Positions 8,538 to 18,063 are shown, counted from the stretch's first letter. The stretch is 28,828 nt of DNA from Armatimonadota bacterium (GCA_034722055.1 JAYENL010000210.1:1-28828), one strand, 5' to 3'. Notes: a model not told the origin generated them from the letters alone. A program made the numbers and translations.

Positions 8538-9260
8538 ATGGACCGAAGCGGCAGGCTCGTTCTGATCCTGGGGGTCCTGGCCGCCTGCGCCATGACCTGG
8601 ACGGCATGCGCCCAGCCGGACTGGGAGGCCCAGCGGGAGGCGATGGTCAGCTCCCTGGTGGAGCGGGGGATCATCTCCAACCAGAAGGTCATCGACGCCA
8701 TGAAGGCCGTCCCCAGGCACCTCTTCGTGCCCCAGGGGCAGCGCTCCTCGGCGTACGAGGACCACCCGCTTCCTATCGGGCACGGCCAGACGATCTCCGC
8801 CCCCAGCATCGTAGGGATGATGACCGAGGCGCTCAAGCCCAAGAAGACCGACCGAGTGCTGGAGATCGGCACCGGCTCCGGCTACCAGGCGGCAGTGCTG
8901 GCCAAGATGGTGCGCCACGTCTACACGATCGAGATCCTGGAGCCGCTGGCCGTCAGCGCGCGGGAGCGGCTCAAGGACCTGGAGTGCGAGAACGTAACGG
9001 TCAAGCACGGGGACGGGTACAAGGGCTGGCCGGAGCATGCACCCTTCGACTCCGTCATCGTGACGTGTGCTCCCGACGAGGTCCCACAGGCCCTCGTGGA
9101 TCAGCTTAGAGACGGCGGACTGATGGTCATCCCGGTGGCCGAGGAGGGCTGGGCGCAGAAGCTGTACGTGATCGAGAAGAAGGGCGATCAGCTCGAGAAG
9201 ACGGAGCTGGCGGACGTCATCTTCGTGCCCATGGTCCACGAGGAGGACGTGCAGGAGTAG
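8538..9260 (+). CDS. pcm: Protein-L-isoaspartate O-methyltransferase with N-terminal signal/lipoprotein-like peptide
   Basis: VPRHLFVP, AYEDHPLPIGHGQTISAP, VLEIGTGSGYQAAVLA, GDGYKGWPEHAPFD. Alternative start at 8526. Confidence 0.92.
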   Translation: MDRSGRLVLILGVLAACAMTWTACAQPDWEAQREAMVSSLVERGIISNQKVIDAMKAVPRHLFVPQGQRSSAYEDHPLPIGHGQTISAPSIVGMMTEALKPKKTDRVLEIGTGSGYQAAVLAKMVRHVYTIEILEPLAVSARERLKDLECENVTVKHGDGYKGWPEHAPFDSVIVTCAPDEVPQALVDQLRDGGLMVIPVAEEGWAQKLYVIEKKGDQLEKTELADVIFVPMVHEEDVQE

Positions 9261-9284
9261 CATGGGCCGAGGGACAGCATTGCG

Positions 9285-9310
9285 GCGGGCCGCCCACAGG
9301 GGCGGCCCGC
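9285..9310. terminator. Perfect hairpin between convergent genes (terminator or REP-like)
   Basis: GCGGGCCGCCC-acag-GGGCGGCCCGC, an 11 bp stem with no clear U tract. Confidence 0.5.
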
Positions 9311-9323
9311 GTTGCGTTCTGCG

Positions 9324-10940
9324 TCATCGTCGGGCGAACACCCGGACGGTGGGGCCATTACCGGTGGAGACCTCGTGCACCTTCTCCCAGCCCCAGGCTC
9401 CCTCGAACAGGGCCTGGTAGAAGCGCCGCCTCTGCTCGAACTCCGCAGCCAGCTCGCTGCCGGGCGGGGGCGGCAGACGTGTGAAGCGGCCGAACTCGAA
9501 GAACCGGGCGTAGGCGGTGGAGCTGGTGACCAGCCAGTCGGCGTCGGTGTCGCGCAGGAAAGCCTCGGTGTACTGGATGTCACGCCCCGTGAAGACCCGC
9601 AGGCCGGCATAGAGGCGCCGGACGCGCTCGGTACGCAGGCCCTCGGTCAGCGGATCCACCTCCTCGTGAGTGAGCAGGCGGGGGACGTCGATCCAGTCCA
9701 CACTGACGACGGCGTCATCTGGCAGGTGCGCGTTCAGCCACTGGCGTGCGACCCCGAGGCTGTCGGGCACCATTGCGACGCGGTAGCCCCAGAACAGCCC
9801 GCACGCCGCTGAGCCCACCAGCACAACGGCGCACAGCCACCGGTAGCCGCGCCCGGTCCTCCCCCCGGCCGCCACTCCGCACACCACCGCCAGCACGGGA
9901 TAGAGCCCGAAGAGGTACTGCAGCGACTGCTTCCTGGCCGGGGCGGCCATGGCGAACACGGCCACGGCCGCAGCCGCCAGCACCAGCCGGCCGGGATCGG
10001 GGCTTCGGCCCCTCACCAGCAAGAGCACCAGCCCCAAGGCGGCCAGCGCCGTCACGGCCGGATCGGCGGTGACGAGCAGCTCGAGCTGCCCCAGCACGGG
10101 CACGCCCATCATCCCCAGGTGGCCGCGTGCCATGTGTGCTCGCTCGTACGCCAGGCCCTGCCAGTAGTGCCCGGGCGCGAGCAGCCACCCCGGGCAGCCC
10201 ACAAGGAAGGCCGCCACAGCGCAACCCACCATGATGCCCACCAGCCGAACGCGGATACGCCAGTCGTCTGCGGCCAGCAGCGATGCAACTAGCAGTGGCA
10301 GGGCCAGGGCCGTCGCGGTGTACTTCGTCGCCATGGCCAGGCCGGCAAAGAGGCCCGCCAGCACCGCACTGCGCCGCACATGCTCCCGGCGCGCCAGGCG
10401 AGCGGCCTGCACCAACGCCAGCGCCAGCCACATCGTCATGGCCACGTCCGGGAGGCCGTAGCCGCTGTACTCCAGCGTCCCCAGCGCGGCGCCGAAGGCC
10501 GCCGCCGCCAGCAGCCCCGGCCCCCACCGTCCCAGGCTCTCCGCGGCCAGCCGATAGACCGCCCATGCGCAAACGCACCAGCAGGCCACGCTGACCAGGC
10601 GCGCCGGCCACATGGCCGCCTCGGGAGCGTAGGCGGACCACTCCGACATGTCGTAGATCGACGGGGGCATGCCCCGGAGGACCGAGGCCGCGAAGAACGC
10701 GGCGGTCACCGGGGCGGTCATGTAGCTGTAGAGCGCCGGGTACTGGGTGTGCTCGGGGATGATGGTACGGTGCTGGATGAACTCCCAGAGGTTGCCGAGA
10801 ATGACGAACTCATCGCTGAAGACCGGCTGCCGGGTGGCCAGCACTCTGGCCAGCGCGCCCATCGCAAGCGCGCAGATGAGGGCGACCGCCAGAGCCACCT
10901 CACGGCGGCCCCTCGAAAGCTGGTGGCGACCCGCTGTCAC
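9324..10940 (-). CDS. Polytopic membrane glycosyltransferase, GT-C fold (ArnT/PMT, family 39/83-like)
   Basis: SDE acidic motif after TM1, YPALY, ARLVS, PDV, GLAMATKY; many TM helices; soluble C-terminal domain. Confidence 0.8.
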   Translation of the reverse strand: MTAGRHQLSRGRREVALAVALICALAMGALARVLATRQPVFSDEFVILGNLWEFIQHRTIIPEHTQYPALYSYMTAPVTAAFFAASVLRGMPPSIYDMSEWSAYAPEAAMWPARLVSVACWCVCAWAVYRLAAESLGRWGPGLLAAAAFGAALGTLEYSGYGLPDVAMTMWLALALVQAARLARREHVRRSAVLAGLFAGLAMATKYTATALALPLLVASLLAADDWRIRVRLVGIMVGCAVAAFLVGCPGWLLAPGHYWQGLAYERAHMARGHLGMMGVPVLGQLELLVTADPAVTALAALGLVLLLVRGRSPDPGRLVLAAAAVAVFAMAAPARKQSLQYLFGLYPVLAVVCGVAAGGRTGRGYRWLCAVVLVGSAACGLFWGYRVAMVPDSLGVARQWLNAHLPDDAVVSVDWIDVPRLLTHEEVDPLTEGLRTERVRRLYAGLRVFTGRDIQYTEAFLRDTDADWLVTSSTAYARFFEFGRFTRLPPPPGSELAAEFEQRRRFYQALFEGAWGWEKVHEVSTGNGPTVRVFARR

Positions 10941-11058
10941 AGCCCATCCCTCCGCGAATCCGGCGGCCGGTAGCGCCGCTGGGGAGGATTCGCCGAGTGC
11001 ATCGGCAATCCTTCACCGGAGGAAGCCCCGGCGCCTCGATCACCAAGCATGGAGGGAG

Positions 11059-13509
11059 ATGCGGCAAGTGGCGACCACCGGCGAGCTACCGGCGGAGCAG
11101 TGCCGCTGGCACTGCGACCCGACGATCTACCAGTTCGAGACCACCGAGGAGCTGCCCGAGGAGGTGGCGCCCATCGGGCAGGAGCGGGCCACCCACGCCC
11201 TGGAGTTCGGGGCCTCGATGAGCAGCGAGGGCTACAACGTCTTCGCCCTGGGGCGGCCGGGCAGCGGCCGGCGCACCATCGTGATGGATACGCTACGGCG
11301 GCACGCCGCGGAGATGCCAGCGCCTGATGACTGGTGCTATGTGTACAACTTCGACGAGCCCCGCCGCCCCCGGGCGCTGCGGCTGCCATCAGGGATGGCG
11401 GTGGACTTCCGCGAGGACATGGAGGAGCTGATCGAGGACGTGGACCGGGAGATCACCCGGGCCTTCGAGAGCGAGGAGTACCAGCAGCGGCGGGAGGAGG
11501 TGCTCAGCGAGTACCGGGATGATCGCGCCCAGACGCTGCAGGAGCTGGAGCGGGAGGTGCAGGAGAAGGGCCTGGCCATCGGCCGGGGCCCCACGGGGCT
11601 GGTCGTGGCGCCGGCGAAGGATGGCGAGGTGCTCAGCCCCCAGGAGTACCAGCAGCTCCCACCGGACGAGCGGGAGGAGATCGAGCGGAAGCGGCGCGAG
11701 ATGCAAGAGAAGCTCGAGGAGGTGTTGCGGCGCGGCCAGCGGCTTGAGAAGCAGGCCCGGCAGAAGGTCGCGGAGCTGGATCGCGAGGTTGCTGAGTTCG
11801 CCATCGGCGGTCTCTTCGAGGACATCAGGGAGAAGTACCGCGATCTGGAGGACGTTGCCAACTACCTGGGCCAGGTGCGCGAGGACATCATCGACAACGT
11901 GGACATCTTCCGCGCCGATCGGGAGGCCGAGGAGGAGGAGCAGGCCGGCAGGCTCCGTCAGCCGCTGGGCATGGGCGTGCAGGATATCCCGCACAGCCCC
12001 TACAACCGCTACGCCGTCAATGTGCTCATCACCCACAAGGGCGAACAGGGCGCGCCGGTGGTCTTCGAGACGAAGCCGAACATCGAGAACCTCACCGGCG
12101 ACATCGAGCACCTCCCTTACATGGGGGCGCTGCTGACCGACTTCACCATGATCAAGGACGGCGCGCTGCATAAGGCCAACGGCGGCTACCTGGTGCTGGA
12201 GGCGCTGACGCTGCTGACCCGCCCCTTCGCCTGGGAGGCGCTGAAGCGGGCGCTGAAGGAGGCGGAGGTGCGCCCCGAGTCCATCCGCGAGCACCTGCGG
12301 CTGGTCTCCACGGTGACCCTGGAGCCTGAGCCGATCCCCCTGGATGTGAAGGTGGTGCTGATCGGCACCCCGCTGCTGTATTACCTGCTGTACGAGCACG
12401 ATGAGGACGTGCAGAAGCTCTTCAAGGTCAAGGCCGACTTCGGCGTGCTGATGGACCGAGACCCGGACTCGCTGCAGAGCTACGCGCACTTCGTGGCCGC
12501 CTGCTGCCATCGGGAGGGCCTGCCGCACTTCGTGCCGGAGGCCGTGGCTCGGGTGGCGGAGGAGGGCGCGCGGCTGTCCGGCGACAGCGAGAAGCTCACC
12601 GCCCACTTCCTGGAGGTGGCCGACCTGGTGCGGGAGGCGGGCTACTGGTGCCAGAAGGCCGCCCAAGACAGGGTGCGGCCCGAGCACGTGGAGCGGGCGG
12701 TGGAGGACAAGATCTGGCGTTCCAACCGCATCGAGGAGCGGCTCCTGGAGCTGATCGAGCAGGGGACGTTGCTCATTGACGCGGAGGGGGAGGTGGTGGG
12801 ACAGGTCAACGGCGTGGCTGTGCTGCCGCTGGGGGACTACGTCTTCGGAAAGCCCACACGCATCACCGCTCGCAGCTTCCTGGGCAAGCCCGGTGTGATC
12901 AACATCGAGCGTGAGGCGGAGCTGGCCGGTCCCATCCACAACAAGGCCACGATGATCCTGGGAGGCTACATCGGGGAGCGGTTCGCAGTGGATTACCCCA
13001 TGAGCGCCGCGGCGACGGTGGCCTTCGAGCAGGTCTACGAGGAGGTGGAAGGCGACAGCGCCGCCGCTGCAGAGCTCTACGCACTGCTCTCGACCATCGG
13101 CCAGGTGCCGCTCCGGCAGGACCTGGCGGTGACCGGGTCCGTGAACCAGCATGGCCACGTGCAGGCGGTGGGTGGCGTCAACGAGAAGACCGAGGGCTTC
13201 TTCGCCGCCTGCAAGCTCTCCGGGCTCACCGGCAACCAGGGCGTCATCATTCCGGCGTCCAACGCCCGCAACCTGATGCTGCGCCAGGAGGTTGTGGACG
13301 CCATCGAGGCCGGGCAGTTCCACGTCTACGCGGTGGAGACCGTTGAGGAGGCTATGGAGCTGCTCACCGGCCTGCCCTTCGGCGAGCGGGATGAGGAGGG
13401 CAACTTCCCGCCGGACACCGTCGGTGCGGCCGTGCAGAAGAGGCTGGAGGAGATGGCCGAGACCCAGCAGCAGTACCGCTCCAGGGGCGAGGAAGCGCTG
13501 GGGCAGTGA
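11059..13509 (+). CDS. Lon-family (S16) protease, LonB/LonC-like with coiled-coil insertion
   Basis: IGQERA, GRPGSGRRT P-loop, GALHKANGGYL, EPEPIPLDVKVVLIG, VGQVNG; catalytic Ser (EGDSA) and Lys (GGVNEK); ATG after GGAGGGAG. Confidence 0.92.
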   Translation: MRQVATTGELPAEQCRWHCDPTIYQFETTEELPEEVAPIGQERATHALEFGASMSSEGYNVFALGRPGSGRRTIVMDTLRRHAAEMPAPDDWCYVYNFDEPRRPRALRLPSGMAVDFREDMEELIEDVDREITRAFESEEYQQRREEVLSEYRDDRAQTLQELEREVQEKGLAIGRGPTGLVVAPAKDGEVLSPQEYQQLPPDEREEIERKRREMQEKLEEVLRRGQRLEKQARQKVAELDREVAEFAIGGLFEDIREKYRDLEDVANYLGQVREDIIDNVDIFRADREAEEEEQAGRLRQPLGMGVQDIPHSPYNRYAVNVLITHKGEQGAPVVFETKPNIENLTGDIEHLPYMGALLTDFTMIKDGALHKANGGYLVLEALTLLTRPFAWEALKRALKEAEVRPESIREHLRLVSTVTLEPEPIPLDVKVVLIGTPLLYYLLYEHDEDVQKLFKVKADFGVLMDRDPDSLQSYAHFVAACCHREGLPHFVPEAVARVAEEGARLSGDSEKLTAHFLEVADLVREAGYWCQKAAQDRVRPEHVERAVEDKIWRSNRIEERLLELIEQGTLLIDAEGEVVGQVNGVAVLPLGDYVFGKPTRITARSFLGKPGVINIEREAELAGPIHNKATMILGGYIGERFAVDYPMSAAATVAFEQVYEEVEGDSAAAAELYALLSTIGQVPLRQDLAVTGSVNQHGHVQAVGGVNEKTEGFFAACKLSGLTGNQGVIIPASNARNLMLRQEVVDAIEAGQFHVYAVETVEEAMELLTGLPFGERDEEGNFPPDTVGAAVQKRLEEMAETQQQYRSRGEEALGQ

Positions 13510-13521
13510 GCTCACGGCCCC

Positions 13522-13614
13522 ACATAGAGGGACCGGCGGGCAGTCCCGGGGGGGGAGGACATTCCGCCGGCCCCTTCCTCACGCAGCACTGCCGCGCGAG
13601 GAAAACCTCTTTAC
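13522..13614 (-). ncRNA. Candidate small RNA with two hairpins and a C-rich loop
   Basis: Lies immediately downstream of a near-consensus minus-strand promoter. Hairpins at 13575-13603 and 13529-13574 contain four G-U pairs that form only on the minus strand. No plausible ORF. Confidence 0.55.
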
Positions 13615-13620
13615 GCCTTC

Positions 13621-13648
13621 ATTATACCACGTTGCTGATTGTTCTCAA
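13621..13648 (-). promoter_or_regulatory. Strong putative sigma70 promoter (extended -10)
   Basis: Minus strand TTGAGA-16 bp-TATAAT with TG-n directly before the -10; an AT-rich island in GC-rich DNA. Confidence 0.7.
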
Positions 13649-13779
13649 ACTCTTAAGACGAAGCAACGGCGGCAGAGCCGGGGCGGTTCCAAGCACCGGG
13701 AATGCCGCTGCAGCATGCAGACTCGTGTGCCCAGCACGAGGGCCGGGGAGCGGACTGTCGGAATGCCGGTGGTAGGAGG

Positions 13780-13932
13780 GGAGGGGCCGCCTGAGGCTCC
13801 AGCGTGGTTTGCTGGAGCCGAAGCCGGCCCGGCCGTTCGCCGTTCGGAGCAGGGCCTCGCGACGCTGTCTCGTGGGGTCGCGGGCCGGCTTCGTCGCGCA
13901 TAAAGGGCATGCGCTCCTCAGGCGGCCCCTCC
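13780..13932. repeat. Nested inverted-repeat element (MITE/REPIN-like or structured RNA)
   Basis: Perfect 17 bp IR GGAGGGGCCGCCTGAGG (13780-13796 / 13916-13932) enclosing a 13 bp IR (13819-13831 / 13881-13893) and smaller hairpins. Confidence 0.6.
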
Positions 13933-14004
13933 GCGGGCATCGGCGGCGTCAGTACAGAGGACAGGCACATGAATCTGGATGCTGCCGAATGCCGCAAACG
14001 GCTC

Positions 14005-14033
14005 TTGCAATGCGCCTCGCCATGCTGTATACT
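14005..14033 (+). promoter_or_regulatory. Putative sigma70 promoter of the rimP-nusA-infB operon
   Basis: TTGCAA-17 bp-TATACT upstream of the leader hairpin. Confidence 0.7.
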
Positions 14034-14062
14034 ATACGTTGAGACAGCTCTCAGAAATTCTC

Positions 14063-14098
14063 TGGGAGTGGGCCGCTGGCCCACTCCCATTCTTTTCT
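14063..14098 (+). promoter_or_regulatory. rimP leader attenuator hairpin
   Basis: TGGGAGTGGGCC-gct-GGCCCACTCCCA followed by TTCTTTTCT, between promoter and rimP. Matches the widespread GAGTGGG..CCCACTC rimP leader. Confidence 0.8.
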
Positions 14099-14139
14099 CG
14101 GGGAACGGGCGTGCGACAGACAGTAGGTCGAGGCAGACG

Positions 14140-14625
14140 ATGAACATACGCAAGCATCCGGTGGTGCGCAAAATCGAGGCCGAAGTCGAACAGACCGTTG
14201 GCGACTTCGGCTATGAGCTGGTGCAGCTCAAGTACGGCGGCGAGGCGGGCGGCAAGACGCTCTCGATTCTGATCGACAGGCCGAAGGGCGTGAGCGCCGA
14301 GGACTGCTGCGACATGAGCCGGCGCCTGTCCATGCTGCTCGACACGCTGGACCCTATTCCCAGCTCCTACACGCTGATCGTCTCGTCGCCCGGGCTGGAC
14401 CGCCCACTGACCCGCGACAGCGACTTGGAGCGCTTCGAGGGAGAGATGGCGGCGGTGAGGCATCCCACCGGGGACGGCGGCTGGCGCACCGACACGGGTG
14501 TCCTGCGGGGTGTACAGGATGGCGAGGTGATCATGGACGTGGACGGCGAGACTCTCCGGGTGCCACTGGCGGAGATAGAGGAGGCTCACCTGGTCTACGA
14601 CTGGGACGCCGAGGAGGCCCAATAG
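14140..14625 (+). CDS. rimP: Ribosome maturation factor RimP
   Basis: GYELV, LIDRPKGVSAEDC..SR.LS..LD..DPI...YTL.VSSPGLDRPL; directly upstream of nusA. Confidence 0.95.
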   Translation: MNIRKHPVVRKIEAEVEQTVGDFGYELVQLKYGGEAGGKTLSILIDRPKGVSAEDCCDMSRRLSMLLDTLDPIPSSYTLIVSSPGLDRPLTRDSDLERFEGEMAAVRHPTGDGGWRTDTGVLRGVQDGEVIMDVDGETLRVPLAEIEEAHLVYDWDAEEAQ

Positions 14626-14660
14626 GACCATCAACCTTCCCCCTGGGGGTTGAGTGTGCG

Positions 14661-15926
14661 ATGAACGGTGAATTCATAGAAGCCCTGGAGCAGCTCCAAC
14701 GCGAGAAGGACATCCCGATGAGCGCGCTCATCGAGACGGTGGAGGCCGCTATGGCGTCGGCCTACCGCAAGCACTACGGCGCGAACGATGACGTGCGGCT
14801 GGAGATCGACTTCGAGAACCGCACGGTTCGCATGTTCGCCAAGACGCTGGTCGAGGGGCCGGAGGATGGCAAGGTGCCCGACGACGATCAGACGGCGGGC
14901 GTGCACTACGAGGAGCATGAGGTTGACGCCGCGGAGTTCGGCCGCATCGCGGCCCAGACGGCCAAGCAGGTCGTCATGCAGCGGGTGCGGGAGGCCGAGC
15001 GCGAGATCGTCTTCGATGAGTTCAGCCATCGCGTCGGCGAGATGATCACCGGCGAGGTGCAGCGCAAGGATGCCCGCAACGCCTTCATCGCCGTGGGGCG
15101 CACCGAGGCGCTGCTGCCTGCCAACGAGCAGATCCCGGGCGAGACCTTCCGGTTTGGGGATCGCCTCAAGCTCTACGTGCTGGACGTGCGCAAGACCACG
15201 CGCAACCCGCAGATTATCCTCTCGCGAAGGCACCCGGGGCTGGTGGTGCGCCTGTTCGAGCAGGAGGTCCCGGAGGTCTACGACGGAGTGGTGGAGATCA
15301 AGTCGGTGGCGCGGGAGGCCGGCGCCCGCTCCAAGGTGGCCGTGATCTCCGGCGATGCGCAGATCGACCCCGTGGGCGCCTGCGTGGGCCACCGGGGGGC
15401 GCGGGTGCAGTCGATCGTGGACGAGCTGCGCGGTGAGAAGATCGACATCGTGCGCTACTCGGAGGACCCATCGGAGTATCTCAAGAGCGCCCTGTCGCCA
15501 GCCAAGGTCTCCCAGGTGCAACTGAATGAGGAGCAGCGCTCAGCGGTGGTGGTGGCTCCGGACGACCAGCTCTCGCTGGCCATCGGCCGGCGCGGGCAGA
15601 ATGTGCGTCTGGCGGCCCAGCTCACCGGCTGGCGCATCGACATTCAGAGCCACACTCAGTGGGAGAGCGAGGCCGAGCGCGCCGCCGAAGAGGAGGCCGC
15701 CGCGGCCGAGGAGGAGGCCAAGCGGGTCCGGGTCTACGAGCTGGCCAAGGAGCTCGAGGTCCCCAGCGCCGAGCTCGTGGAGATCATGCAGGAGGAGGGC
15801 ATGGACGTCACCAGCCACGCCTCCAGCGTGACCGCCGCGGAGGCCGACATCATCCGCGACCTGCTGCTCGGCGGCGAGGGGACGCTGGACGACATCGAGC
15901 TGGGCAACATCGAGATCGAGCTGTGA
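14661..15926 (+). CDS. nusA: Transcription termination/antitermination factor NusA with C-terminal IF2_N-like extension
   Basis: [13 protein letters not shown]1 domain, [46 protein letters not shown]. Confidence 0.97.
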   Translation: MNGEFIEALEQLQREKDIPMSALIETVEAAMASAYRKHYGANDDVRLEIDFENRTVRMFAKTLVEGPEDGKVPDDDQTAGVHYEEHEVDAAEFGRIAAQTAKQVVMQRVREAEREIVFDEFSHRVGEMITGEVQRKDARNAFIAVGRTEALLPANEQIPGETFRFGDRLKLYVLDVRKTTRNPQIILSRRHPGLVVRLFEQEVPEVYDGVVEIKSVAREAGARSKVAVISGDAQIDPVGACVGHRGARVQSIVDELRGEKIDIVRYSEDPSEYLKSALSPAKVSQVQLNEEQRSAVVVAPDDQLSLAIGRRGQNVRLAAQLTGWRIDIQSHTQWESEAERAAEEEAAAAEEEAKRVRVYELAKELEVPSAELVEIMQEEGMDVTSHASSVTAAEADIIRDLLLGGEGTLDDIELGNIEIEL

Positions 15927-15982
15927 TACCGGCGCGCCAGGCGTGCCATGCAGTGACGGATTGACGTGCGGAGGTGTAGGTC

Positions 15983-18031
15983 TTGGCAGACCAGGTCCGA
16001 ATCTTCCAGCTTGCCAGGAAGCTAGGGTTGCGTACGCAGGCCCTGCTGAAGGTCCTTGCCGAGCTGGGCGTGGAGGACGTGACCGCGGCCTCGAGCATCG
16101 ACATCGAGACCGCCCGCGCTGCCGCGGAGCTGCTCGCCGAGCAGGCCCGGGAGGCGAAGCAGCGTGCCGAGGAGGAGGCCGCCCGTGCCGAGGCCGAGGC
16201 GGCCGAGGCGGCTGAAGCGGAGGCAGCCGAGGCCGAAGAGGAGGTCGTGGAGGCCGAGGAGGTTCCTGCAGAGGAAGAGGAGGAGCCCGAGGCCGAGGAG
16301 TACGAGGTGGAAGAGGAAGAGGAGGAAGAGGAGGAGTACGAGCGCTTTGTGCCCGCCTGGGCGGCGCCTGAGAGCCTCCGAAGCCTCGAAGAGCAGCTTG
16401 CCGAGCTGGAGGAGGACCTCGAGGAGGAAGAGGAGGAGGTCTACGTCCCCCTCCCCGAGGAGGCCCGCCGGCCCTCCGGCGAGCGTCCCGAGAACGCCAT
16501 CGACGTCCCCCCGGTCGTCTCCGTGCTCGGTCACGTTGACCACGGCAAGACCACCTTGCTCGACGCCCTGCGTGAGACGAACGTGGTGGACAGCGAGTCC
16601 GGCGGCATCACCCAGCACATCGGCGCGTCCGAGGTGCAGGTTGGGGAGCAGACGATCGTCTTCGTGGACACCCCCGGCCACGCCGCCTTCACGGCCATGC
16701 GAGCCCGCGGCGGGCAGGTGGCCGATATTGTGGTGCTGGTGGTGGCCGCCGATGACGCGGTGATGCCTCAGACGGTGGAGGCCATCGGCCACGCCCGGGC
16801 GGCCGGCGTGCCCATCATCGTGGCCATCAACAAGACAGACCTGCCCGGCGCAGACCCCGACCTGGTCAAGCAGGAGCTGCTGGAGCACGAGCTGGTCGCC
16901 GAGGACTACGGTGGGGACACGATCATGGTGCCCATCTCCGCGCTCCAGCGCGAGAACCTGGCCGACCTGCTGGAGATGATCCTGCTGCTGGCAGAGGTCC
17001 AGGAGCTGTGGGCTGACCCCGACGCGCCCTTCACCGGCGTGGTGGTGGAGGCGGGCATGGACGAGAGCCGCGGCCCGGTGGCCACCGTCCTGGTACGCAA
17101 CGGCGAGATCCAGGTGGGCGACGTGGTCATCTGCGGCACCGCCAACGGGCGCGTGCGGCGGCTCAATGACTGGCGGGGCAAGTCCGTCAAGAAGATGGGC
17201 CCGGGCCATCCCGTGGAGGTCATCGGACTCTCGGACGTTCCGGAGGCCGGGCAGATCATGGCCCGGGCCGAGAGCGTCAAGCAGGCCCGGGAGGTGGTCG
17301 CCGAGCGCGAGGAGCAGATCCGCGAGGAGCAGCTTGAGGGCACCGCCCGCGCCTCGCTCCAGGACCTCTACCGGGAGCTGGGCGAGCTGGAGGTCAAGAG
17401 CCTCAACCTCATGCTCAAGGCCGACGTCTGGGGCTCCGTCCAGGCCCTGGAGGGCTCGCTGATGGAGCTGGACGAGCAGCTCGAAGAGGTGGAGATCACC
17501 GTCATACACACCGGCGTGGGCGATGTGACCGAGTCCGACGTGCTCCTGGCCGTGGCCTCCGACGCCATCATCCTGGGCTTCCACGTGGGGGTCCCCGACA
17601 CCGCCGAGCGCACCGCCGAGGCCGAGCACGTGGAGATCCGCACCTACGACGTGATCTACGAGGCCATCGAAGATATCCAGCGCGCCATGGTGGGAATGCT
17701 CGAGCCCATCTACGAGGAGCGCGTGGTCGGTCATGGCCGCGTCCTGCAGACCTTCCGCATCTCGCGGGTGGGCGTGGTCGCGGGGACGGTGGTCACCGAC
17801 GGCTTCGCCCAGCGCGGCGCCGACATGGTGGTCACTCGCGACGGCGAGGTCATCTACGAGGGCGTGCTGGAGTCCCTGAGGCACTTCGACGAGGCTGTGC
17901 GACGTATTGAGGCGCCGAACGAGTGCGGAATCTCCACCGCCGACTTCCGCGGCTGGCAGGAGGGCGACGAGATCGAGTTCCGCGCCAGGGTGGAGGTGCC
18001 CCGGGAGACCTCCTTCGAGAGCGCACGATAG
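15983..18031 (+). CDS. infB: Translation initiation factor IF-2
   Basis: TTG start after [51 protein letters not shown]. Confidence 0.97.
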   Translation: MADQVRIFQLARKLGLRTQALLKVLAELGVEDVTAASSIDIETARAAAELLAEQAREAKQRAEEEAARAEAEAAEAAEAEAAEAEEEVVEAEEVPAEEEEEPEAEEYEVEEEEEEEEEYERFVPAWAAPESLRSLEEQLAELEEDLEEEEEEVYVPLPEEARRPSGERPENAIDVPPVVSVLGHVDHGKTTLLDALRETNVVDSESGGITQHIGASEVQVGEQTIVFVDTPGHAAFTAMRARGGQVADIVVLVVAADDAVMPQTVEAIGHARAAGVPIIVAINKTDLPGADPDLVKQELLEHELVAEDYGGDTIMVPISALQRENLADLLEMILLLAEVQELWADPDAPFTGVVVEAGMDESRGPVATVLVRNGEIQVGDVVICGTANGRVRRLNDWRGKSVKKMGPGHPVEVIGLSDVPEAGQIMARAESVKQAREVVAEREEQIREEQLEGTARASLQDLYRELGELEVKSLNLMLKADVWGSVQALEGSLMELDEQLEEVEITVIHTGVGDVTESDVLLAVASDAIILGFHVGVPDTAERTAEAEHVEIRTYDVIYEAIEDIQRAMVGMLEPIYEERVVGHGRVLQTFRISRVGVVAGTVVTDGFAQRGADMVVTRDGEVIYEGVLESLRHFDEAVRRIEAPNECGISTADFRGWQEGDEIEFRARVEVPRETSFESAR

Positions 18032-18063
18032 CCTGACCGCGGTTCCAGCGGAGGTGGACTTCG

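Noticed and set aside
11389..13515. 708-aa minus-strand ORF, and similar long antisense ORFs (3009-4856, 16022-17884, 21364-23673)
   Set aside because: Shadow ORFs opposite well-supported genes, expected in high-GC DNA; no recognisable motifs.
13660..13990. RNase P RNA, tmRNA or tRNA
   Set aside because: No GAGGAAAGTCC signature, tRNA-like ends or T-loop consensus found.
13804..14139. Upstream extension of rimP, including ATG 13969
   Set aside because: Runs through the promoter and attenuator hairpin; RimP similarity begins near 14140.
16250..16440. GAG/GAA-rich repeats as a tandem repeat or CRISPR-like array
   Set aside because: They encode the poly-Glu linker of IF2 and show no repeat-spacer periodicity.
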